Shown here piece by piece: positions 27,156 through 35,342 of a stretch of DNA of 64,000 nt. Origin of the DNA: Deltaproteobacteria bacterium (GTDB lineage: Bacteria; Desulfobacterota; Binatia; Binatales; Binataceae); assembly GCA_021799495.1 (NCBI GenBank), contig JAJZAI010000002.1:7157-71156 (forward strand), written 5' to 3'. Within the stretch, counting starts at the first letter, position 1. Every line of letters starts with the position of its first letter. Under the pieces are notes generated by a model. It saw only the letters and a list, made by a program, of their open reading frames with translations, had not been told where the DNA came from and ran no database searches. Position numbers and translations under genes: made by a program.

Positions 27156-27911
27156 ATGAAGAGGCTCGAAGGCAGGGTTGCGATCGTGACCGGCGCCGGT
27201 TCGGGCATTGGCCGCGCATCCGCGCTGCTGTTCGCCGCCGAAGGCGCGAAAATCGTCCACTGCGATATTTCCGAAGGCGGAGTCGAAGGCACGCAGGCGC
27301 TGCTCTCCGCGGGCGGTCACGAGAGCGCCGGCATCGCCGCCGATATCGCGGACGAGGCGACCGCGTTCCGGCTGGTCGAAACCGCGGTGGAGAAATTCGG
27401 CAAGCTCACGACGCTGATGAACAACGCCGGCGTCGGCAGCAACGCGCTCACCGCCGAGATGGCGATCGAGGAGTGGGACCGCGTGCACAATATCAACGTG
27501 CGCGCCCAATTCCTGCTGATCCGCGCCGCGCTTCCGGCGATGATCCAGGCGGGCGGCGGCAGCATCGTCAACGTCGCCTCCGTGATGGCCGAGGCGACCG
27601 ACTACGGCCTCGCTCCCTATTGCTCGTCGAAGGCCGGCGTCGCCGGGCTGACCCGCACCGTCGCGCTCGAATACGGCAAGCACGGCATCCGCGCCAACTA
27701 CATCATGCCCGGCCCGATTTACACGGGCCTGACCCGCGCCAACTTCGACCGCGAGCACATTCGCGCCGTATGGGAAAAGAAGACCGCGCTGCGGCGCCTC
27801 GGCCAGCCCGAGGACATGGCGAAAGTGGCGCTGTTTCTGGCGTCGTCCGACGCCGACTACGTTACCGGCGCCGGAATCCGCGCTGACGGCGGCCTGATGC
27901 TGCGCGCGTGA
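27156..27911 (+). CDS. SDR-family oxidoreductase
   Basis: The ATG at 27156 follows GGAGG (27144..27148). It has VAIVTGAGSGIGRA, NNAG and YCSSKAG (YxxxK). Confidence 0.85.
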   Translation: MKRLEGRVAIVTGAGSGIGRASALLFAAEGAKIVHCDISEGGVEGTQALLSAGGHESAGIAADIADEATAFRLVETAVEKFGKLTTLMNNAGVGSNALTAEMAIEEWDRVHNINVRAQFLLIRAALPAMIQAGGGSIVNVASVMAEATDYGLAPYCSSKAGVAGLTRTVALEYGKHGIRANYIMPGPIYTGLTRANFDREHIRAVWEKKTALRRLGQPEDMAKVALFLASSDADYVTGAGIRADGGLMLRA

Positions 27912-28031
27912 GCCCGTCCGGCGGGCCGCGCGCGGGATAGTGGAGCGCGGAGCGAAGGATGCTATTAGAATGGTAATGATGAGGAATGAAGCCGGACCTG
28001 CCTCAGGCCGCGATCGAAGGAGAGTTTCATC

Positions 28032-29264
28032 ATGAAACAATCGCCAGTTTTCATCCTGGGCGGCGCGCAGAGCGATTTCGCGCGCAACTGGGCGCGCGAG
28101 GGCAAGCATTTTTCCAGCGTGATGAACGAGGCGCTGATCGGCGCGCTCGAAGCGGCCAAAATCGAACCGCGCGAGGTGCAGACCGCGCACGTCGGCAACT
28201 TCGCGGCGGAACTTTACGCCAAGCAGGGCCAGGTCGGCGCCTTCGTGCTCGAAGCCGATCCCGTCCTCTCGGGAATCGCCACCAGCCGCCATGAGGCGGC
28301 CTGCGCGTCCGGCTCGATCGCGATTCTGGCCGCGTCGGCGGAGATCGAGGCGGGCCGCTACGACCTCGCCGCCGCGGTCGGCCTGGAGCAGATGAAGACG
28401 GTCGATACCGTCACCGGCGGCGACTTTCTCGGCACCGCGGGATGGTACGAGCGCGAATGCAAAGGCAAGGATTATCCCTTCCCGCGCCTGTTCGGCCGCC
28501 TCGGCGACGAATACGACAAGCGCTACGGTCTCAGGGAGGAGCATCTCACGCGGATTTCCGAAATCAATTTCGCCAACGCCCGGCTCAATCCGCTCGCGCA
28601 GACCCGCAGTTGGATTATGAACAAGGAAGACGAGCAGCAGCAGGCGAAATTCAACCAGCGCATCGCCGGCCGCATCCGCGTGCGCGATTGTTCGCAGGTC
28701 ACCGACGGCGCCGCGGTGGTGATGCTCGCGTCGGAGAAGTACGCCGCCGAATGGGCCAAACGCAACGGCAGGAAACTCGACGACGTGCCGCGCATCCAGG
28801 GTTGGGGCCATCATACCGCGCCGCTTGAATTCGACGCGAAAATCGCCGAGAGCCGCGACCATCCCTACGTTCTGCCGCATACGCGCCAGGCCATCCTCGA
28901 CGCCTTCGCGCGCGCCGGCGTCGGCGGCGTGAACGAGCTTTCGGGAATCGAGACCCACGATTGTTTCACCACCTCCGAATACATGGCGATCGACCACTTC
29001 GGCATCACCGCGCCCGGCGAATCGTGGAAAGCGGTCGAAGACGGCGCGATCGAACTCGGCGGGCGCATCCCGATGAATCCGAGCGGCGGCCTGATCGGCG
29101 CGGGCCATCCGGTCGGCGCGACCGGCGTGCGCCAGATGCTTGACGCGTGGCGCCAGGTGACGGGCAACGCCGGCGACTATCAGGTCAAGGGCGCGAAACG
29201 CTTCGCCGTGCTGAATATCGGCGGCAGCGGCACCACCAGTTGCGCCTTCGTGGTCGGCCGCTGA
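28032..29264 (+). CDS. Thiolase-fold protein (SCP-x / lipid-transfer-type acetyl-CoA acyltransferase-like)
   Basis: 410 aa with the nucleophile context HEAACASGS, THDCF and C-terminal NIGGSGTT. Confidence 0.8.
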   Translation: MKQSPVFILGGAQSDFARNWAREGKHFSSVMNEALIGALEAAKIEPREVQTAHVGNFAAELYAKQGQVGAFVLEADPVLSGIATSRHEAACASGSIAILAASAEIEAGRYDLAAAVGLEQMKTVDTVTGGDFLGTAGWYERECKGKDYPFPRLFGRLGDEYDKRYGLREEHLTRISEINFANARLNPLAQTRSWIMNKEDEQQQAKFNQRIAGRIRVRDCSQVTDGAAVVMLASEKYAAEWAKRNGRKLDDVPRIQGWGHHTAPLEFDAKIAESRDHPYVLPHTRQAILDAFARAGVGGVNELSGIETHDCFTTSEYMAIDHFGITAPGESWKAVEDGAIELGGRIPMNPSGGLIGAGHPVGATGVRQMLDAWRQVTGNAGDYQVKGAKRFAVLNIGGSGTTSCAFVVGR

Positions 29265-29332
29265 TTGGCCGCGCGGGCGGGCCGAGGCGCTTCGCCCGCG
29301 CGCTTGACGGATAGGGGGTCACGATAGGCGCG

Positions 29333-30931
29333 ATGAAGCCCTCGGCCTTGCCGCGAATCGCTCTGCGCGATCAGCATGGACGCGACTGGACGCCGCCGTC
29401 CGGGCGCGACGCGCTGCTCTGCTTCGTGCATGACGGCTGTCCGACCTGCGACCTCACGCTCCCGATCCTCGAACGGCTCTATCGCCATTTCGGCGGCGCG
29501 CTCGATATCGCCGCGATCGGGCAGGAGGCCGCGGGCAACGCCGCGCTGCTCAAACGCCATCGGCTGACCCTGCCGATGCTCGATGACAGCGCGCTCAAGC
29601 TTTCGTTCGCGGCGGAAATCGAAATCGTTCCGACCGTGATTCTGGCCGCGGCGGACGGAACGATCGTGCGCCGCTTCGAGGGCTTCGATCGCGGCGACTG
29701 GCGCGACCTCGTTGCGCATCTTGTGGTGCGCACCGCCGTCGCCGCGCCGGAAATCGATTGGGACGAATTTCCCGAGACGCGCCCCGGATGCGGTTCGCGC
29801 TCGGTCGAGCCGGAAATCGCGGAACGCCTTGCCGCCGAGGCTGCGGGCCGCCGCATGGGCGCGCGGCGGATCGCGCTCGGCGCGGCGCAGGATCCGTTCG
29901 AGTTCATGTTCGAGCAGGGGCTGACCGACGGCCTGCCGGTGATTCCGCCTACGCCCGAGCGGGTCGCGGCGATGCTCGCCGGCACGCGGCGCGATCCGCT
30001 CGAAGTCGTGGCGATCGTTCCGCCGAACCTTGCGCCGGCGACGGTCGAAAAAGTCGCCGCGAACGCGGTGATGGCCGGATGCCGTCCCGAATATCTGCCG
30101 GTCGTGCTCGCCGCGCTCGAAGCCGCCTGCACCGACTCCTTCAACGCCCACGGAATCATGGCGACCACCGCGGGCGCGACGCCGATTATGGTCGTCAACG
30201 GCCCGATTCGTCGGCGGCTCGGAATGAACATGGGGATGCAGGCGCTCGGCTCGGGCTTTCGGCCGAACGCCACCATCGGCCGCGCGCTCAAGCTGGCGCT
30301 GCGCAATATCGGCGGCGCCCGCCCCGGCGAAATCGAACGCTCCACGCTCGGCGCGGCCGGCAAGTTCACGATGTGCGTCGCGGAATGGGAGGAGCGCAGC
30401 CCATGGGAGCCGCTCCACGTCGAACGCGGCTTCGCGCGCGGCGAAAGCGTGGTCACGCTCTTCGGCCTTGAGGCCGGGTCGCATCAGATGAGCGACCATA
30501 CCGCCCGCACCGCGCGCGCGCTCGGCGGCAGCCTCGGTGCCTTCCTCGCCGCCGCGACGCATCCCAGGGCCTACCGCCTCGGCGAGGTGCTGCTGGTGAT
30601 CTCACCCGAGCACGCCGACACTTTTGCGCGCGACAAATGGAGCAAGGCGCAAATCCGCGAGCGCATCCTCGAGGTCAGCGCGCGCCGCGCTCGCGACCTG
30701 CTGCCCGGTCCGGAAATCGGCGAGGGGATGTCGCCCGCGATGCTCGGCCTCGGCGCTTCGCCCGGAGCCGCCGAGCTTGACGCGCTGGTAATGAAGTTCC
30801 GCAAGCCCGAAAATATTGCGATGATCGTCGCCGGCGGCGAAGCCGGCAAATTCACGGCGGTGTTCGGCGGATGGTTTGGCGGGCCGGCCGGCTCGATGAG
30901 CGTCAGCCGCCGTATCGAGGAGGTTCCATGA
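29333..30931 (+). CDS. Thioredoxin-fold (CPTC) domain fused to a ~380-aa uncharacterized domain
   Basis: 532 aa. The N-terminal ~130 aa are redoxin-like (LLCFVHDGCPTCDL ... IVPTVIL). The remainder (GLTDGLPVIPPTPERV ... ) matched no family I recognise. The stop overlaps the next start (ATGA at 30928..30931). Confidence 0.7.
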   Translation: MKPSALPRIALRDQHGRDWTPPSGRDALLCFVHDGCPTCDLTLPILERLYRHFGGALDIAAIGQEAAGNAALLKRHRLTLPMLDDSALKLSFAAEIEIVPTVILAAADGTIVRRFEGFDRGDWRDLVAHLVVRTAVAAPEIDWDEFPETRPGCGSRSVEPEIAERLAAEAAGRRMGARRIALGAAQDPFEFMFEQGLTDGLPVIPPTPERVAAMLAGTRRDPLEVVAIVPPNLAPATVEKVAANAVMAGCRPEYLPVVLAALEAACTDSFNAHGIMATTAGATPIMVVNGPIRRRLGMNMGMQALGSGFRPNATIGRALKLALRNIGGARPGEIERSTLGAAGKFTMCVAEWEERSPWEPLHVERGFARGESVVTLFGLEAGSHQMSDHTARTARALGGSLGAFLAAATHPRAYRLGEVLLVISPEHADTFARDKWSKAQIRERILEVSARRARDLLPGPEIGEGMSPAMLGLGASPGAAELDALVMKFRKPENIAMIVAGGEAGKFTAVFGGWFGGPAGSMSVSRRIEEVP

Positions 30932-31464
30932 GCGCATTCGAAATTGTCGATCCCACGGCGGAGCTCGCGCCCGTCCGCCGCACGCTCGCGCGCCGCCCCG
31001 CGGCGCTGCGCGGCCGCGTCGCGCTGCTTGATATCCGCAAGCCGCGCGGCGACGTGCTGCTCGACCGGCTGGCGGCGCGCCTGGCTGAACGGCTGCCGGG
31101 CGTCGAGGTCAAGCGCTTCAGCAAGCCGACTTTCGCCAAGCCCGCGCCCGAAGACCTGCGCAAGCGGATCGCCGAGGAGAGCGATTGCGTAATCGAAGCC
31201 CTCGCCGATTGAGGGTCGTGCACAACGTGCAGTGTGCACGATTCAGTATGGTTTGAAATAAATTCGCGGCCCGCGGTGGTCGTCGCCTCGACCGGCTTCG
31301 TCGATGCGGCGGCGCGGCAGGCCGAGGCGCTTGGATTGCCGGAACTGAAGCGCGTCTTCGTGCCGCATCCGATTCAGGACGCGAACGACGACGAGATGCG
31401 CGCGAAGGCCGACGCGATCGTCGATCAGGTGATCGCGGCGCTGACCGCGCGCGACGAGGCCTAG
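30928..31464 (+). CDS. Selenoprotein, UGSC-family-like (in-frame UGA = Sec at codon 95; motif U-G-S-C-T-T-C)
   Basis: The ATG at 30928 follows GAGGAGG. Track ORFs 30871..31212 and 31234..31464 are in the same frame and are separated only by the TGA at 31210..31212. A SECIS-like hairpin starts 4 nt after the TGA. The read-through product is 178 aa. Confidence 0.8.
31216..31241 (+). promoter_or_regulatory. Candidate bacterial SECIS hairpin
   Basis: The sequence tcGTGCAcaacGTGCAgtGTGCAcga can form a 9-bp stem (tcgtgcaca/tgtgcacga) with an 8-nt loop. Alternatively it can form a cgtgc/gcacg stem with an AGUGU apical loop about 20 nt after the UGA. Confidence 0.55.
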
Positions 31465-31532
31465 GATTTCTCACGTCGCCGGCGGGGGGCGGCTCCATCG
31501 CGCCTCCCTCCGCCGCGAAAACGGCCGCCGCG

Positions 31533-32276
31533 ATGAGGCCTGCTGAAAACTCGCGACCGGCCGCTTTCGGCGCGATCATCTTTTTTCTCGCCGTCGCCGT
31601 GCTTTGGGGAATCGGCGAGCGCGGACTCGCCTTTGCGATTTTAGCGATCGGCGCGATCGTCGCTCTGAAACGCCGGGTGCGCTGGCGCCGCGTCCATAAC
31701 GCGGCGCGCGCCGACGCGATGATCGCCGTCACGCGCGAGGTTCTCGCCAAAATCGAATCCGACCGCCGCCTGCCGTCGCTTCTGTCGGCCAATCTGGTCC
31801 TGCGCGAACACGAATTCGTTCTGCTCAAGGAAGCGCGCAGCCGCGCGTTCGGCCTGCGCCTTGACGCCGCGCCTCCGCCCTCGATGCCGTATATGCGGTT
31901 CGCCGGCTTTTCGATTTACGACGATCTCGGCCGGCGCGCCGGCCGCGCGGGGGGACGCAACTCCGCCGTGGGCGAGCTTTACCTGACCAACCGCCGGCTT
32001 GTCTTTATTGGTCCGCGCGCGAACCTGGAGATCGCCCTGGAAAATACGCTGACCATCGATCCCGTGCTCGATTCCTTCCGCGTCGTTGTGACGGGAGCGG
32101 AAAATCCCTATCACTTTACGGCGGAAAATCCGTTGCTGTGGGGGTTGATGATGAAATGGATGTCCGCGAAGCCGTCGGCTTCGCCAGACTTGCCGAATGG
32201 AACGACGATCCGGCTGTCTGGAGACGGAAGCGGAACCCTGCGCAACCTGACGATCTCGCTGACCATCCCGGAATAG
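31533..32276 (+). CDS. Hypothetical membrane protein with C-terminal PH/GRAM-like region
   Basis: 247 aa with two N-terminal TM helices (AAFGAIIFFLAVAVLWGI, LAFAILAIGAIVAL). ELYLTNRRLVFIG resembles bacterial PH-like domains. Confidence 0.5.
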   Translation: MRPAENSRPAAFGAIIFFLAVAVLWGIGERGLAFAILAIGAIVALKRRVRWRRVHNAARADAMIAVTREVLAKIESDRRLPSLLSANLVLREHEFVLLKEARSRAFGLRLDAAPPPSMPYMRFAGFSIYDDLGRRAGRAGGRNSAVGELYLTNRRLVFIGPRANLEIALENTLTIDPVLDSFRVVVTGAENPYHFTAENPLLWGLMMKWMSAKPSASPDLPNGTTIRLSGDGSGTLRNLTISLTIPE

Positions 32277-32360
32277 CGCTCGCCCCCCGCGCATGGTTGC
32301 GATGCGCGCGCGCAATGCGCATCTTAAGAGACGGAAGATACGGAGAATTTTCGCTTATCG

Positions 32361-33464
32361 ATGGAATTCCGCGACTACTACAAGCTGCTCGGCGTCGAAC
32401 GCACGGCGTCGGCCGATGAAGTCAAACGCGCCTATCGCAAACTCGCCCGCAAGTTCCATCCGGACGTAAATCCCAACAATAAAGAGGCCGAGCGCCGCTT
32501 CAAGGAGATCAACGAGGCCTACCAGGTCCTCGGCGATGCCGACAAGCGCAAGAAGTACGACGAGCTCGGCGCCGATTGGGAGCGCGGCGCGTCGGAGGAA
32601 GAGGTCTATCGGCGTTATGCGCGCGCGGGCGGCGCCGAGGGCCATCCGTTCACGGGCGGCGACGCCGGCGGTTTCAGCGACTTCTTCGAGCGTTTCTTCG
32701 GCGGACTGGGCGCTGGCGGCGGTCGCGTGCGCGGTTTTTCCCGCGGTTTCGGCGACGCGGAGGGGGTCGGCGTGCATCACGGCGGACGCGCTCCCGATCT
32801 GCAGGCCGAAGTCGAAATTCCGCTCCGCGACGCGGTGCATGGCAGCCAGCGCCGGATCAATCTGACCGCGACCGACGAATGCGACAATTGCGGCGGATCG
32901 GGCGTAATCGCGCGGCAGGAAAAGCGCGGCAACGCGCGCATTATCCGCTCCGCCGATGAATGTCCGAAATGCGGCGGCGCGGGCGTGGTCCGCGCCTATC
33001 GGCAACTGGAGGTTACGATTCCGGCCGGGATGACCGACGGCTCGCGAATCCGTCTCAAAGGGCAGGGCGGCAAAGGCGCCAGGCCCGAACTCAACGGCGA
33101 TCTGTTCCTGACCATTCGATTGAAACCGTCGAACGTTTTCAGCGTCTCCGGCCGCGATCTCCGCTGCCAGCTTCCGGTGTGGGATTACGAAGCCGCGCTG
33201 GGCGCCGAAGTCACCGCGCCGGCTGTCGAAGGCAAAATCGCGCTGAAGATTCCGGCCGGCAGCCAGAGCGGCCGGGTGATGCGGCTGAAGGGGCGCGGCA
33301 TTCCCGGCCGCGGCAAGGAAGCGGCCGGCGATCTGCTCTACGAACTCAAAGTGCTTGCTCCGACCGACATGAGCGCCGACGAGCGCCGCCTGATGGAGCA
33401 GTTTGCCGAACGCCGCCGTTCGCGCGACGTGCCCGATCCGCGGGCCGACCTGATGCGGGAGTGA
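32361..33464 (+). CDS. DnaJ/CbpA-class J-domain co-chaperone (reduced zinc finger)
   Basis: 367 aa with a J domain (DYYKLLGV...KFHPDVN) and a Gly/Phe-rich linker. Only two CxxCxGxG motifs are present ([16 protein letters not shown]), followed by C-terminal substrate-binding domains. Confidence 0.85.
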   Translation: MEFRDYYKLLGVERTASADEVKRAYRKLARKFHPDVNPNNKEAERRFKEINEAYQVLGDADKRKKYDELGADWERGASEEEVYRRYARAGGAEGHPFTGGDAGGFSDFFERFFGGLGAGGGRVRGFSRGFGDAEGVGVHHGGRAPDLQAEVEIPLRDAVHGSQRRINLTATDECDNCGGSGVIARQEKRGNARIIRSADECPKCGGAGVVRAYRQLEVTIPAGMTDGSRIRLKGQGGKGARPELNGDLFLTIRLKPSNVFSVSGRDLRCQLPVWDYEAALGAEVTAPAVEGKIALKIPAGSQSGRVMRLKGRGIPGRGKEAAGDLLYELKVLAPTDMSADERRLMEQFAERRRSRDVPDPRADLMRE

Positions 33465-33469
33465 CGGCG

Positions 33470-33760
33470 ATGGCGCGACGCGCGAATCGCTCAAGCCGCG
33501 CCGCCGGTCGGCGCGAGGTGGTCCTGCTCAGCCGCGCGGCGTTGTTGGTGATGTCGGGCGCGAGCGAGCGCGAACTCGCGGCATGGGAGCGCGAGGAGTT
33601 GATCGCGCCGGTCGAGCACGCTGGCGTCGGCGGCGAAACGCTTTACGATCGCGAGACGCTGCGGCGCATCCGCGTGATTCGGACCCTGGCCGACGAGTTG
33701 GAGGTCAACCTGCCCGGAATCGGCGTGATCCTGAACCTGCTCGACCAATTCGACGGGTGA
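33470..33760 (+). CDS. MerR-like / CbpM-HspR-like chaperone-associated regulator
   Basis: The ATG at 33470 lies within track ORF 32960..33760, 5 nt after the dnaJ-like stop. The 96-aa product includes LRRIRVIRTLADELEVNLPGIGVILNLLDQ, which resembles CbpM/MerR C-terminal helices. Confidence 0.55.
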   Translation: MARRANRSSRAAGRREVVLLSRAALLVMSGASERELAAWEREELIAPVEHAGVGGETLYDRETLRRIRVIRTLADELEVNLPGIGVILNLLDQFDG

Positions 33761-33875
33761 CGCGGCGAACGCAGTTGGCGGGACCGCGCGGGGCGGCGTG
33801 GGCCGGCAAGAGCCGTCCTGTGGCGCCGAAAATCCATCCAACGGCCGGCGTGGCGATCGGCTATAATGAACATTG

Positions 33876-35294
33876 ATGGATACCCGGCTAACCACCGCCG
33901 TCGAGAACGCGGTCGTCTCCAGCCTCGAACGGACGGGCGTCGCGCCGGCCGCGCCGGTGATGGTCGCGCTGTCGGGCGGTCCCGACTCGGTCGCCCTTTT
34001 GTACGCGATGTGGCGGCTCAGGGGCGCCGCGGTACGCTCCGGGCCACTCTTTGCCGCGCATCTGAACCATCGGATGCGCCCTGGCGAGGCCGACCGCGAC
34101 GAGGCCTTCGTGCGTGGCTTGTGCGACCGGCTTGGAATTGAACTCGCGGTCGAACGGGCGCGCGGGCTGGACTCGGGAGGAAATCTCGAAGAGCGGGCGC
34201 GGGGTGTCCGGAGCGATTTTCTGACGCGCGCTGCCGAAGGCTTTGGCGCAAATTATATCGCTTTGGCGCATAATCGCGACGATCAGGCCGAAACGGTCCT
34301 GATGCGCCTGATGCGCGGCAGCGGCGTCGCCGGTCTGGCCGCGATCGCGCCGGCCGGACCGGGCGGAATCATCCGGCCGTTGTTGGACGTATCGCGTGGC
34401 CGGATTATGAAATACCTTGACGCGCTTGGGGCGGCTTACGTCACGGACAGCACGAATAGCGACCGGCGCTTCCTGCGCAACCGGATTCGGCATGAACTTA
34501 TTCCATATTTAGAACATGATTATGCGCAAGGTATCGGTCGGCGGCTGACGGCGATCGCGTCGGAGGCGCGCGCGCTCGATCAATTTCTGCGCACCACTGC
34601 GGAGGCGGAGTTGTATCGGCGGCTGGATCGATCAGGACGGCTGGCGACCGCCGGGTTTGACGCGCTGCCGCAAGCGCTCGCAAGCGCGCTGATCCGGCAA
34701 TGGCTGCGGATCGCGCTTGGCGATCTGCGGCGAGTAAATCGTTATCAAATTGAGCAAATCGTGAAGGTTTGCGCGGAAGGCCCGGCCGGTTCATCGATTG
34801 CGTTGCCGGGCGGACGGCAGGTGCGGCTCGATTACGGTTTCGCGACGGTCGCAGCGGCCGTGATCCATGACGCGCCGGCCTACGCGCATCCGCTGGCGGT
34901 TCCGGGCGCGACCGCGGCGCTGTCGGCAGGAGTTCGCTTCATTGCTCGATATGTATCAAAAAACGTTTTATCGCGAGCTTGTGGCGATGGCAAAGCTGCG
35001 CTCTCGCGAAATCGGGCGTGGTTTGACGCGGATGCGATCCATCGCGGTCTGAGCGTGCGGAACTTTAATGAAGGAGATCGGATTGCGCCGCTGGGCATGA
35101 CCGGAACGCGCAAAGTTCAAGACGTCTTCGTTGACCGCAAGACCTCGCGCGCACGCCGGGCGATGTGGCCGATGGTCGTCGCCGACGGCCAAATCGTATG
35201 GATTCCGGGGCTGGTTCGGAGCCGCTTTGGACTGGTTGATGCGGCCAGCCGGGAAGTTCTGGAGCTCGAAGCGCAACCGATCCGGAGCGTGTGA
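33876..35294 (+). CDS. tilS: tRNA(Ile)-lysidine synthase
   Basis: It has the PP-loop VALSGGPDSVALL, and its length and C-terminal domain are typical of TilS. The ATG at 33876 sits one codon inside the track TTG start. Confidence 0.85.
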   Translation: MDTRLTTAVENAVVSSLERTGVAPAAPVMVALSGGPDSVALLYAMWRLRGAAVRSGPLFAAHLNHRMRPGEADRDEAFVRGLCDRLGIELAVERARGLDSGGNLEERARGVRSDFLTRAAEGFGANYIALAHNRDDQAETVLMRLMRGSGVAGLAAIAPAGPGGIIRPLLDVSRGRIMKYLDALGAAYVTDSTNSDRRFLRNRIRHELIPYLEHDYAQGIGRRLTAIASEARALDQFLRTTAEAELYRRLDRSGRLATAGFDALPQALASALIRQWLRIALGDLRRVNRYQIEQIVKVCAEGPAGSSIALPGGRQVRLDYGFATVAAAVIHDAPAYAHPLAVPGATAALSAGVRFIARYVSKNVLSRACGDGKAALSRNRAWFDADAIHRGLSVRNFNEGDRIAPLGMTGTRKVQDVFVDRKTSRARRAMWPMVVADGQIVWIPGLVRSRFGLVDAASREVLELEAQPIRSV

Positions 35295-35342
35295 ACCGCG
35301 CGTTGCTTGCAAATTAAGCCGCGTGCTACCGTTTTATTTAAA

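Noticed and set aside
33862-33878. TATAAT box 8 nt upstream of the tilS ATG, suggesting a leaderless mRNA.
   Set aside because: No -35 or extended -10 supports it. tilS may simply be read through from the upstream merR-like gene.
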